From: Selaginella moellendorffii
Lineage: Eukaryota; Plantae; Lycopodiophyta
DNA: 64,000 bases
Direction: 5' to 3'
NCBI RefSeq assembly: GCF_000143415.4
Contig: NW_003314318.1
Location: forward strand, 186,001 to 250,000
The notes beneath the pieces are model-generated. The model made no database searches, was not told the origin of the DNA, and was given only the letters and a program-made list of their open reading frames with translations. Positions 10,330 through 23,519 of the stretch are shown piece after piece. The position numbers and the translations under genes are program-made. The stretch's first letter is position 1, and every line of letters starts with the position of its first letter.

Positions 10330-13300
10330 ACAAATCAACTCCATCCAGGGCTGAATCTAGTTATTGCCAATATTCATCACTACACTAACATAAATGACAT
10401 TTTTCAAGGAAAGGATGGCTCAAGTGATTACAAGGAGGAGAATATAGTGGCAATATGATTGGAAGGGTGCCAAACAAAAGACAGAGAACTGGGAGCAAAT
10501 GGAATTTAGTGGATCATGTGTGTTTGATGTATGGGAATGTTTGTTGCAATGAATGATGTGGATTTGGACACTTTGCTATTAACTATCTGAGCCAAAAGGA
10601 TTGCAAATGAAAGAGGAGAAAGATGGCGATCTTAATAGTATTTCTTTTTCTTAAAATTTATCCTCTGTCTGCAGATTATGCTGAGCTGGGCAAATCTCAA
10701 AATTCAAATTGGCTTCTAGATAGCGGCACTACACACCAAATGATGTTGAATAAAATGTTCCTCCAAAAAATAAGTTTTAAAACATTTTCTGCATTTCTGC
10801 ATATAGCAAGTGGTGAGGCTTTAAGAATAATAGCTTTTTTTTTTTCCTTGCTTTCAGCTTGAAATTTTTACTATTTTATATGTTTTAACCACAAATTTCA
10901 TTCTCATCACACATGGATTGTTCAAGCGATGGCTAACAATGGCCTTTATTTTATTTCTCTTGATTCTCCAAGTGAATGTTGTCTCTATTACTGATGACTC
11001 AATTTTACAGTTATGGCATCTACAATTAGGACATCCAAGTTTTAGGCAAGTCAACCTTAGCTAGTAGGGGGGATACTAAACTTTCATGTGAAAGCTACTT
11101 GTACATGAAAATGAAGAGGAAACCATTGCTCAAGAAAGCTTCCACTAGTAAATTTGTTTTAGACTTGATTCATGTCAATATCTAGGAACTATCACCATTA
11201 AAATCGTTAAACAATCAATACTTGATACTTTCTACTAATTATGGATGATTTTAGTCATATCACTGCTGTTTGTTTTCTAAAGTAGAAATCTGATATTCCT
11301 CACAAGTTTTTTGAGTGGATTCAGGAGTTGGAGAACTCACTTGGAATGCACATTAGAAACTCAAAGCTCATGGAGGATAAGAACTTCTCTCTGCAGAATT
11401 CCACACTATCCTCACATCACGTAGCATATCACTCCAAACCTCTATGTCATATGATCACAGCCAAAATGGGGTTAAGGAGAGATAGATGCTTACTATTCTT
11501 GATGTAGCAAGAGTGATGCTCAAAGCCATGAATGTTCTAACGTCCTTCTAGGCAAAGGCTATACATACAACCGTGCACATTCAAAATGTTGTTCCAACAA
11601 AAGCCATACTAAGAAAAACACTACAAGAAATATAAACAAGTACCAAACCTTCTTTTGCATACTTACATGCGTTTGGATGTGTAAGTTTTGCATATGTTTC
11701 AGCTGAAGAGAGATGTAATAAGTGGGAAGATCAATCAACAAAATGTATGATGCTAGATTATAGTGAGAATACAAAAGATGGCAAAGTATGGATCGTTAGT
11801 CAAAAGAAGGTGTTCGTTTGGTGCACTATTTTCTTTTGTAAAACAATTATAGTATACTCTATATTTTCATATAGTCACAAGAAAAATTCAAAATATTTTT
11901 AAATTCAGTTCTAACAAATATGAGGATTCAATTATACCCCTAGAAGGCCCCATTCCAGATATAAATCAATGAGAATTGTAATTTCTTTAATGACTCCAAC
12001 ATAGGGAATGTTGAGGGTACAATAACAGATGACTTGGAACAAGATAAATCTAAAAATATGTCAACAATAAGAACTTTTCCCAGATGATCTTCTTGCTTGT
12101 GAAAACCAACAAAGAATACTTTGAGGTATATGATCAAGTTATATAAGTCACCGCCAATGCTAGAGGAAGCATTTTCCAGCCTTTAATGTTTTCATTGAAA
12201 AGTAGCAATGTAGTTAGGGTACAACACACAGTTAGAAAATAATTCCTAAATATAAAATTTTGACATAAATATTATGAGGCACAGTTTTTAAGACGAGTTT
12301 CAAAGTATGAAAGAGTACAATTGGATTATAAATATTCATAACATAGTTAGGACAAAGAACTTGTAGCATCACAAAATGTTCCAAAGGAGGCAATGATTAT
12401 ACAATGTAAATGGGTACACAAATTCAAGTACTAAGAATTTAAGTGAGATTGATCAGTATAAGGTGAGGTTAGTAGCAAAATGCTACATACAATGAATCAG
12501 GATTAATTACAATGAGAATTTTTTCACTTGTGGTTAAAATGGTTTCTATATGACTAATTCTTATTATAGTTAACCATTTGGATATTGAAGTTGAACATAT
12601 AAACATTAAAAACGTGTTAGAACACCTAATGTATATACATCAGCCTCATGTGTGTGGAAAAAAACAATTTTTTTAGCAAACTTTAGTGGTCTATTCATGG
12701 ATTTAAACAATCCCCACGGATATGGTATATAAACAAATTTTTCTAATATTTGGTTTCACTTATGCATAAGCAGAGACACTCTTGTATCCAAGAGTTAATA
12801 ATTATAGCTATAGTGATGATATCATTGTGGCTAGGAAGACATTGAATTTATGATGGCTAAAGGAACAACTTGCTAGATAGCTCTAGGTGATAGATCTAGG
12901 TAAAATTTCATTTTATCTTGGCCTATAAGTTTCTTATGACAAGAAACACTGCAAGATTCATCAATAAAAGTATACCTTTAATTTCATTAAAGAATATGAT
13001 AGATTTTTTATTACACATGTTGCCCCAATTCTGGCACTATAGTTCCATAGACTTTTCAAAGCTGACAAACCATGTTCTGATGGGGAGAAAAAGGAGATGA
13101 TATGATTACCACATCAGAATATAGTTGGTGCTTTAATGTAACTTGCAATAGTGAGTCAATATAGTAGCAATTATTTCTCACATATGCCAATTCATCCCAA
13201 AACCTGGGGAAGAGACATTGGTATGCGGTGGAACAAATCTTTAATTACATCATGTAAACCTTGATGCTCTACTTTGAATTTAAAGATGTCAGAAGGAAAA

Positions 13301-13700
13301 ATTGAGCAAGAACACTAGTTCTATATGGGATGATTGACACTAATCTTGCTAAAGACCTTCAATAACTAAATACATATTTAAATCCTCTAATGCTATTGTA
13401 TCTTAGTGGAGTCGAAAACAATGAATAGTGCTATTATCAACATGTGAGGTTGAGTAAAATGCAATAGCAAAAGTAGTGAATGAAGCATTATAGATTTGTC
13501 AACTACTATGAAACATTGGATTTGAAATGCAAATGCTAATGAATATGTACAATAATAACACAACATGTCTATAATCCATTGTGAATATGGTACACTATGG
13601 GAGGAACAAGTATTTTGAAATGTTCCACTACTTCATTTGGGAATGTGTGAAGATCAAACTTAAGTACCTCTCAAAAAACAAATATGGTAGTTAAGACTCC
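10330..13700 (+). mobile_element. Highly decayed Ty1/copia retrotransposon (boundaries approximate)
   Basis: WLLDSGTTHQM protease, LWHLQLGHPS pre-integrase, YKVRLVAK and GFKQSPRIWY RT remnants; AT-rich with many stops. Confidence 0.65.
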
Positions 13701-15554
13701 ATCAATAAAATATAAATAAGATTCTCAAAATCATTTAAAGAGGACTAAGAACACTTAACTCAACACTAGATTAAAAATAAGAATAATAAGAAAGTGTCAA
13801 GAGAAAGAAATTGTACAAGGGTATAATTTCTTTCATTTTGAAGTGTGTGCAAAAGAAGATCAAACTAGTAAAGGAATTGAACTACACAATCATAAAGATA
13901 AATTATAACAATGTTGTGGCTAAGAAGTTCATTATTGTGACCAAGTTGTGAAAGGGTGATAGCTACACTATCTAAATTTATCCACTACAGATAAGGAAGA
14001 AACATTAGGAATATGAGAAAGCAACTTAGATTAAGAAAAAAAATAAAAAAAATAGGAAAGAGTAGGAGGCAAAGAAAAAGGATTAGATAGTAAATTGAAA
14101 GATTGACATATAGCCAATGTAATTTCCAACTCATTTCTAAAACTTCCTCAAAGTAATTGAATTCCTCATCAACAAAATCCACTTAAGCTCATAAATATCA
14201 TCTTCTTATAAACTTGACCCTCAAATATTATTCAATAACCAAACTACATCATCTATAACTTTTTAATTGATATTATGATCACACTTCACATTAGTGAGAG
14301 ATGACAAGACACCAAGAACATAAAACACTATGTAATTATATCCTATAAAAGCTGGAGATAGCAAAAGATTAAGGATTGGAGCAACACCAACACAATCATA
14401 CCTCATAGCATAAAAAGTTTAATTTGAAGAGGATATAGTTATAGGAACAATGTTGCTAGGTGACAATAATGATATATCATCAACATCCTTGAGTGACACC
14501 CTCTTCAATTAATAATGGCATGATATGGCAAAAGAAGTGAATGCAATGAAAATCAAAAGAATAATAAATTAGACAGATACAATCCTAAATCTTATCAAAA
14601 GTTATAATAGATCTAGAGAAGAAAAGATGAACAATACTTTAAAAAGTAAAAGTGCAATCCTAAACACTAAGTAAGTATTACTAAAAAAGCTTTGCTTTCT
14701 AAAGACAATTTAGAATGCCCCTCACTTTCACTAATGTGAATGTTTGAAGAGATATTTTAATTTGGGTTTAAACAAGTATGGATTGACCCAGTAACAAATG
14801 TATGTCTATATACTATAATTAGTGTAATATATATATGTGAGGGCCAAGTGTATGACTACGATGCCGTATACTAATATTAGCATAGTAGGATTTTAGTAGC
14901 CGTCGAATTGGTTTCAATCCGGACCACTTGCTCTTGTATATAAACTAGAGTTTTTGGGCTAATTGATATGCACATTTTCTATATTCCCTTTCCATATTCT
15001 AAACACTCACAGTGGTGGAGTTGAGGGGCACCTTTGATTGTCCTTGAGGAGTGCTTAGATTTGGGATTTTGGTTTAGATCTAGCTTTTGCATTGTTTAGA
15101 TTTAACTTTTTCCATTTCCTTTCTTTTATTTTTTCCTTTCAGGATTTTGGTTTAGATCTAGCTTTTTGCATTGTCTAGATCTCCATTTCCTTCTAGCTTT
15201 TTGTCATTTTTCTTCTTTTTCTCTTTCCTTTTCATTCATCTTCATGGCAGATTAGCAATCTCATCCTTTGACTCTAGAGCAGCAGTTAGTACAATTGTTT
15301 GATGCTATGCACTTGCAATTGAACAACCAAACTCAGTTGATGGTGGCATTCATGGCACGTGGTACAACTCTTCCTACTCTTGGTGCCAATCCTCGTGTTC
15401 GGCCGAAGTTCTTTCGCGGGAATCCTAGGGATGATGTGTACCATTGGTTTGATCATTTCATGGTGATTACTACATATCATTTTTGGGATGATGCTCGACA
15501 TTTGCGTGAGTTTCCCACGTGTTTCCAAGGGACAATGTTATAGTCGTACAATGG

Positions 15555-16141
15555 TGTAAGCAACTAAAGGGAACAACTTGAAAGACAATCCATAAGGGTT
15601 CAAATATAAAGGGAAAGGGCCCATGAAGAAGAGTGTACCCTCTTTTCCAATCGGTTAAGGGTCTTGGGATATTTGGGATTAAGCATTTTTGGGTTTGAAT
15701 AGTATTGAGTTGGGTGACCTCCCGAAAAATCCAAATTCAAGAGCTTATATTTGGTATGAAAGGGGTCTCGGGTCCAACTCTGTTAGTTAGCTAGGGGAAT
15801 CACACCACATGTTGATTGACATCTGGCAGATCCAGTTTGCTCCCGCTGGGCTTGACCCAAAGGGTAAGGTGTCAAGAGAGTAAAGCTCTCAGAAGAGTTG
15901 CGGCTCTCAGCTTCCGTTCACGAGGGCGTGAACTTGCAGGAAAGTGTGGTGGATTATAAGCAACCAAAGGGAAGGACTTGAAAGACGGGGTTCAAATATA
16001 AAGGGAAAGGGCCCATGAATAAGAATGCACCCCCTTTTCCAATCAGTTAAAGGTTTTGGGATATTTGGGGTTAACCATCCTTGGGTTTAAATAGTACTGG
16101 GCTGGGTGACCTCCCAGGAAGTTCAAATTCAAGAGTTTACA
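15555..16141 (+). mobile_element. Cassandra-type TRIM (non-autonomous LTR element with 5S-rRNA-like LTR segment) nested in gypsy gag
   Basis: Direct repeats 15555-15749 and 15955-16141 with outer TG...CA ends; AATGG TSD at 15550-15554 and 16142-16146; Met-type PBS remnant tggtatgaaag; LTR segment gttaa...ttggg...tagtactgggctgggtgacctcccaggaagt resembles the 5S rRNA internal promoter. Confidence 0.88.
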
Positions 16142-16629
16142 AATGGTTTGAGCGCAGCCATTCGTGGGGATTGGAGTGTTCTCCCGGATGTCTTCAAACG
16201 TGCATTCGGACATGCCGACAATTGTGATGATGCCTTCTAACAATTGCATCATCTTTGCCAAGGGCCATCTAAGTCGGTGATGCAATTTGGTATTCGTTTC
16301 CGCAGTCTTTTGTTTTGTGGGAGCCAAATATGTGAAAGCAGATTAAGCTAGGAATGTTGTGGCCAGCATTTTGTCAAGATCTTGTTGGACTTGTGCATGC
16401 ACTTGCTCCTGCCACCCTTGACGATGCTCTTTGCTTGACACAACGTTATGAAACGTCACATCTTCCACTTCTCGCTACACATCCTTCAGCTCCACTTCCT
16501 ATGGGTGATGGTCCTGTTCCAATGGAGGTTGATACTGTTGCTACTTGAGTCCAAAGACAAGGGCGAGGACGTGGTTATGGCCGTGATGTTCGTTGTTAGG
16601 CGTGTGATGAAGTTGGTCATATTTATCAG

Positions 16630-16872
16630 NNNNNNNNNNNNNNNNNNNNNNNNNNNNNNNNNNNNNNNNNNNNNNNNNNNNNNNNNNNNNNNNNNNNNNN
16701 NNNNNNNNNNNNNNNNNNNNNNNNNNNNNNNNNNNNNNNNNNNNNNNNNNNNNNNNNNNNNNNNNNNNNNNNNNNNNNNNNNNNNNNNNNNNNNNNNNNN
16801 NNNNNNNNNNNNNNNNNNNNNNNNNNNNNNNNNNNNNNNNNNNNNNNNNNNNNNNNNNNNNNNNNNNNNNNN
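16630..16872. other. Assembly gap (N run)
   Basis: Run of N. Confidence 1.
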
Positions 16873-18870
16873 CTCGTTTTTATAACAAAAAGTCTTTTAT
16901 TATTCTCTCCATGTTGGTTGATACAAGTTCAAGTTTTTCTTCTATTGCTCGACCTATTGCCACACGTTGCTGTCTATACTTGTGTTGTACGGTAAAACTA
17001 ATTTTCATTTTTTATGGCAACGGCCGTACACATGCATATGCACAGGATGAGGCAAACTTGGTTGTGCGTGTGGGCGATCTTAAACTTGAGTTGCAGTCAT
17101 TGCGGGTGGTGTCGAGTCAAGCTTTTAACTTCATCCTTGGTATAGATTGGTTGCAGCACAATCATACCAAGTGTGACTTTGAGGCTTTTCCCCTTTGTCT
17201 CATACTTTCTTATGTTTCATCCATTCCTCTCACTTCCGCACCTCTTCGTCCCTCTACTTCTATCTCTTCTTTTATTACTTTTGTTCCCCCACTATTTCCT
17301 CCTATGTTTCTGTTTTGTTCTGCTCTTCCCTTTTTTGATCCCTCCAACAATTTTTATGTTGCAGCGGTTGACTGGCTCATGAAGGAGTATTCTGATCTCT
17401 TTGAATTTGACCTATCATCTGGGGCCAATATTGCCACACGTCATCCAATTCCAACCGGGGATGCTCGTCTAATCAAGGTTCTTGTTCGTCGTCAGTCACC
17501 CAAAGAGATCAAAATTTTATGTGCAAATAGTAAGGAGATGTTGGAGAAGGGTGTTATTCGGAAGTTGTGGAGTCCTTGGGCATGTGAACCTCATCTTGTG
17601 ACAAAGCCTAATTAGAGTATTCGTTTCTGTATCGACTATCGTCTGTTAAACGAAATGACGATCCCGGATGTGTACCCTCTTCCTCACATTGCTGATCTCT
17701 TGGATCGTCTGGGGTGAAGTCGTTGGTTCACCAAGTTAGATATTACTTCTAGGTACTGGCAAGTACTGATGGCCGAAGAAAATATTCCTAAGACTGCTTT
17801 TCATATACCATTTAGTTTGTATGAGTTCTTGGTGATGCCGTTTGGTTTGAACAATGCTCTAGCAACTTTTCAGTGGATGATGGATGAGGTTTTTTGCAAT
17901 ATGCTAGAAGTGACTGCTAACTTCATTGATGATGTCTTGATTCACTCGGAGGGGACAAGGGAAAAACATGTTCGTAATGTTTGTAAAGTGTTAGATCTGC
18001 TACGGGACGTTAGTTTAAAGCTGAAGTAGTCAAAGTGCATGTTTAGGTTCAAGGACACAATACCGTATTTCTCGTAAGGGTTTGCAAGTTGATCCTGAAA
18101 AACTTGTGGCTGTTCTAAAGTTCCCTACTCCAAAGTGTGTGAATGATGTGCAACGCTTCTTAAGCAAGGTGCAGTATCTCGGTCATTTTGTGGATCATTT
18201 TTCTGATCACATTGCATCGTTATGAGCGTTGCTGAAGTCATCAATGTCATCTTTCATCTGATCTCTAGATTGTGAGCATGCGTTCATGGATCTCAAAGAG
18301 CTATTGACGACTCCTCCAATTTTGGCATATCCTGACTACACTCGACCTTTTATTTTGCTTGTGGATGCTTCTAATATTGGTCTTGGAGGTGTATTGATGC
18401 AAGAGAGTTCAAGTGTGCCTCATTGCGTATATAACCTATACACTTGGCCCTCACGTCATTCCCTCCTCTCAGAATAATGGAAGACCATCAGGGTTCTCTT
18501 GTAGATGGGCTGGGATCTGGAGGAACATCAGGAGGAGGTATTGGTGGATCTGTAGGTGGCATTAACTGCTCTTGATCCCTTTGTATGAAGTGTTTCAACC
18601 ACTGCACATGCATAATCTCTGGAAGATCAGCTTGTTAAACGTCATACCGAACCTCATAAACTTATGGTCCCACTTGCTCAGTGAAAAGGACCGTGTCAGG
18701 TGCTGCGACAAGTGGGACCACAAGTTTATGAGGTTCGGCATGACATCCACCAGGCTAATCCTCTAGAAATTGTGTATGTGTAGCGGTTGAAATGCTTCAT
18801 ACCATGGGATCAGGAGCAGTTAATGCCAACTACAGATTCACCAATGCCTCCTTCTGATGTTCCTCAAGAT

Positions 18871-18970
18871 NNNNNNNNNNNNNNNNNNNNNNNNNNNNNN
18901 NNNNNNNNNNNNNNNNNNNNNNNNNNNNNNNNNNNNNNNNNNNNNNNNNNNNNNNNNNNNNNNNNNNNNN
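18871..18970. other. Assembly gap (100 N)
   Basis: Run of N. Confidence 1.
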
Positions 18971-20729
18971 AGTATAATGGGATTTTGGTAGCCGTCGGAT
19001 TGATTTCAATATAGACCACTCGCCTTTTGTATATAAGCTAAGGTTTTTAGGCTAATTGATATGCATATTTTTTGTATTCCCTCACACACACAGATATATA
19101 TAATTCTCGAACAAACCTCAAAATTATAATTTTCAATTAGAAATCAAGGGGACTTGGAGGGAAATTATAATTCACAATATATTGCTGCAGGAAGCAAAAA
19201 GTTAATTGTACCTCTATATCTTCCCTCTAATTAGCTTCTATGACCATTATTAATTTGTAATTAATGACAAAATTTGTCTCTTCATAGTCAACATCCAAGA
19301 CAGTTGTGTTATCTTAGACTTACTACTTTTATCCTTGTCCTATCAGAGATTAAACTCACTCCTATTATCCCTTTATCTTCTTACCTGCATTATCCTCTAC
19401 TTCAAGGAAAAAATGTTTGAAACCCATTATACCCTTCAAACTCACTACATTACATTAATTTTCACTTTTCATTAGTTTTGTTTAGCCCCACTCACTATGA
19501 TGTTTGCTTGGCCTCACTTTGTTGGGCTTGTTACATCATTACATTTGTATCTCACTCCACAATTCATATTGTGTATCTTTGCTCCAATACTATTAGCAAT
19601 GTCACTCACCCTCACTCCATTGTCATGGTTGGATTCCTATTAGTCTCCTCTACCCCCTCATCAAAAAAGAAAAAAAAAAGAAGAAAAACGTGTGAATGTC
19701 ATAACAGAGATAAGAAAGTAAGGAAATTTGAGGAAAAAATCAAGTGGAAGAAGATAAAGAAGCAAGAATTTTAGCAGTGGTATTAATGTGGAAATAGAAA
19801 ACTAAAAAAAATGCAAAAAAGAGATAATAAAGAATCTTTTACTCTGTATGTATGTCTAGATAATAATGAACAATCTATTATAAAATACTTTCTCCAATAT
19901 AAGCTAAGTATAAGACTCAATATATTTAATCTCTATGACACTCAACTCAACACATAAGATGGAATAATCAAAGGATAATTTTATACTTTTAAGAAAATGA
20001 ACTCAATAACAATTATATAAGAAATACAAACACTTTCTCTCAACCACATATACAACCAAGGAACCACATATAACTTCTTAACTCCTGGAATAAATAAATA
20101 CTCAATACTAAAAATGATTAAAGACTTTACTTATGAAACAAATACAAATTTCTCAATTATATATAACACTCTCAATATTCACCAAATCAATATGAAGAAG
20201 ATAAAGAACACTCAACTCAACACCAAATTATGAATAGAAAATATATTACCATTACCTATTAATGTGAATTGTGATTCATACATTGATTGAAGATTTATTA
20301 TGATTATTTATTATAATGGGGAAGATGACATTAATAATCTTGAATGGATTCATATTGTTGATAAATAATTAACTATTTTGCAAGATAAATATTATTTAAA
20401 TTTTGTTACTCTTTCCTAACCCTTTTTTTATATCTTAGTTTTTTGTTGCTTCTTCCTTATATAAAGCACTTCTGGCATATAGACTATAATTATAAGTTTT
20501 TATAAATAATCTTTCTTTGTTAAAACTTAAGTTTAGAATGAGTTTACAGATTGTAAAAATCTTGCATGTCAAAAACATTTCTAATTGTTAATAAAGCAAC
20601 ACTTTATGCTTTGTAATATAATTTATTTTATATTGTAACATCACAATAAATGTATTCTCTTTGAAATGCAAACTACTTTTTTATTTAGAAAGAAATATTA
20701 AATAAATGCCTTTAGGGCAAATATAAGTT

Positions 20730-22149
20730 TCAAACCTGAAGCTTTCTCATTGCGTGTCTTTTGAGCCCAACATATGCTACCACATCACCTTCCTCCTTTC
20801 CTGGAAAATAGTATAGCCTGCCATCCTCAGAAGGACGAACCAGCGTCATTCCAACCGGCTTTTCAAATCCAAAGTCTTGGAAAACCGGGAAGTAGAACGA
20901 ACTTCCAACAATCAATGCTGTTTCCATCTTGTATAGAGGAAAAGCTGTGAAGTCCCTGCCGCCATTGCTCACAACCTTTGAGTAGAGACCCACGCCTTCC
21001 TCCGTGAGCAAATCACCAATCTTTTCCCTGAGAAGAACGGCCCCGTTTCTCAGCTCATTTCCCTGAGCTCGTAGGCTCGAGACTTTGGTGGAAACGTGAT
21101 CATACACCGCGGCGACTCCTACGAGTCCCTCCGGGACAGTCTTGATCCTTCCTCTACAGTTTGCCGCAAATGCAAGAGTAGTGCTTTCGTCATCCTTGAG
21201 ATCTCTCGCAGCGTTAACTCTGGACCATATGAAACTCGTGAGAAGCTGGAACGAGCTGAACCCTGGATTCTCCAGCTTCATCCTTTGGATCATCTCCTTC
21301 TTGAATGCAAAGCACTTCATCTCGTACTCCGTGGACTGCGATGTTGAGTTGGTGTTTAATTTCAGTAAATCCGCGTTCCGGATCCTTTCAAACCCTGCTG
21401 GTAGCTCAAAATCTGTAGGATGATCGTCCGAGACCGCAATGCATGGTGGAGTTTCCACAACCACGGGCTTGAGTGACATAGATTTACCGCAACAGACCTC
21501 AGCCCATGACTTCACAAAGTTCCAGGTCCCAGCTCCATCCAACAGCTGGTGATTAAACTTGATGGAGATGCAAATTCCACCACAAGAAAGCTCTGTCACC
21601 TACATATGAATTGACTTAATTATCAATACAAATATAGTGAAGTACCTGGATGATGAAAAGAGGAGCATCGAAGGACCATGGAATCGTAGATATATCGTAG
21701 CCTCCACATTGTGCCAGATCGTCCACTAGTTTTGCCGGAATCCCCTCGAAATGGCCACTCACTTCATTCTTTTCAAGCTCCCCAATTGTAACTCCAGTAG
21801 CACTGGCTTCGATGAAGAGCACGCCTTTGTCATTGCAAACCACATCCAACCGGAGTCCATTGTCGCTGTCACTCACCAGCAATCTCCCTGCCAAGGGATA
21901 AAACTCCACCAGCGCCTTGGCAAGAGAGCTCTTGAGATTTGCTACAATGGCCTCGAAGGAGAGACGAGGAGGAGGCTTTCGGAAGAAGAGAAGGCGAGTC
22001 CTGTAAGGCACAAACCAGAGCATATGAGCGGCAGCACTGGGACGCATTTGCTTCTTCTTGCTTTCCAAAAGATCACTGTCCCCGGGGCTGTAACTTGGAG
22101 CAACCAAGCAAGTGTTCGTCACTGTGATCGTGGAAGACTCCAGCGCCAT
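20730..22149 (-). CDS. BAHD acyltransferase 2; 2 exons, intron 21600-21645
   Basis: Start MALESSTITV; FYPLAGRL, HQLLDG (HxxxD), DFGFE; same intron position as and clear similarity to BAHD1. Confidence 0.92.
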
Positions 22150-22339
22150 GGCCAACACCACAGACTTTAGAGGAGAGAGCGAAGGCCTGACCAAACTGTC
22201 CCTTGCTGAAAAAGCATTTAAAGCCCTCCCACAACAGGTAGACGTGTTAAAAAAGAATTCAAACACTATAAAGTTAAGAGCGACCGGCAGATGCATTCGG
22301 TTCTGGACGACGAGCTGTGCGATACTTATCCCTCTCTGG

Positions 22340-22620
22340 TCAACAAACAGAGTCCCAGATCGGGAGGGGAGGCCACGCCAAAGTTTACAGAGCCTTACGC
22401 AGATCCGATGGAGCGGCATTTGCGGTGAAAATGATCCACGGCAGCGAGGCAGAAGAAGAAGAAGCGGCCGGGACGGGAGTTGTGAGTGCCATCGTCAGGA
22501 TCGAGGGCGAGATCTACGAGAAAGGGAACTTGGGAACGAGTTGCCTGGCAATCATCCATGGATGGAACCTTGGATGGCATGGAGAGCAAGGCACCATCAC
22601 TGAGCTGCTCGTAAAGTGGC
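22340..22620 (+). pseudogene. Protein kinase N-lobe fragment
   Basis: IGRGGHAKVY (Gly loop) and FAVK (subdomain II); no HRD or DFG motif follows. Confidence 0.5.
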
Positions 22621-23002
22621 AAATCATCGCTGCTCTTACATCATCGCACTTCTCTCGTTACGCCCTTGTTGGTAGCGATGCTTTGGCTTACACGATTGAT
22701 TGATGCAAAGGTGTTCTTCTGGTAACGCAGCAGACCTCTTGACAAAGACAACAGTGGCAGTTCAACAACTGCATAGCCGACTCAGGTTCTCTTCCTAGAG
22801 GGAGCTGAGAGCTGAAGATGTTTTACAATCTGAAAAGATTGTCAGATCGAGGGGAGTGTTGGAGCAGCAGGAATCAAGGTGACACGAAGACAGGGATCTA
22901 CAGCAGCAATCTCGGAGAGATTTAAAGCGATGCATATATATATGCCTGTACTTATAAAGCATTCATACTGTAGTATTTTTCCTGTTCATTCTTTCCATCA
23001 TT

Positions 23003-23249
23003 GAGGTCTGTTGTGGTAAATCTATGTCATTCGAGCCCGTGGTTGCGGAAACTCCACCATGCATTGCGTCGGATAATCATCCGATTTTGAGCTTCCTTTG
23101 GAAGGATACGTAACACAGACTTGATGAAAACAGGCAGTAGCAACGAAACATCACAGTCCACGGTTTGTGAGATGAAGTGCTTCGCCTTCAAGAAGGAGAT
23201 GATCATAAGGATGAAGCTGGAGAATCCAGGGTTCAGCTCGTTCCAGCTC
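23003..23249 (+). pseudogene. BAHD exon-2 fragment, inverted relative to BAHD2
   Basis: EVCCGKSMSFEPVVAETPPCIA...EMKCFAFKKEMIIRMKLENPGFSSFQL closely matches BAHD2 (about 21235-21500). Confidence 0.85.
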
Positions 23250-23519
23250 AGAGTGCTTACATCCTTGGCAGAGGCCTTGTAGAGTGCGTGCGTTGGTCGG
23301 GAGCTTTTGCCAGGAATCGTCCCCAAGGACGATCCTTTGTGCGATGCACTTAAGAAATCTTCTCTTGCAGCTTTCTTTCACCGAGAGAAATGGTTTCCTT
23401 GTCATGATTCAAGATGGTCAAGATAGCCATCAACACTGGGTGAACACAAAACGAAAAGATCCGGAACAAGAGCCAAGTTCTGGTATTCACATGCACAAAA
23501 CAAGGATACTATTACACTT

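Larger units (their letters stand above)
14833..19092 (+). mobile_element. Degenerate Ty3/gypsy element with short (~180 bp) LTRs; contains two assembly gaps, a nested TRIM and an inverted 3' segment
   Basis: 5' LTR ~14833-15011 matches 18971-19092; PBS tggtggagttgagggg at 15013; gag (RPKFFRG...WFDHF), protease LVDTSSS, RT (FCIDYR, FIDDVLI) and RNase H (VDASNIGLGGVL) remnants. Confidence 0.82.

Noticed and set aside
10638-10675. Intron-like pyrimidine tract ending TGCAG before the copia protease
   Set aside because: The element is too decayed to show that removing the tract restores a frame.
16069-16124. Possible 5S rRNA gene
   Set aside because: Only the internal promoter region matches, and it is duplicated within TRIM LTRs; it is not a full 120-nt gene.
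19100-20700. AT-rich tract with recurring acactcaactcaacac motifs (also near 13750)
   Set aside because: Probably old decayed TE sequence; termini and family cannot be defined.
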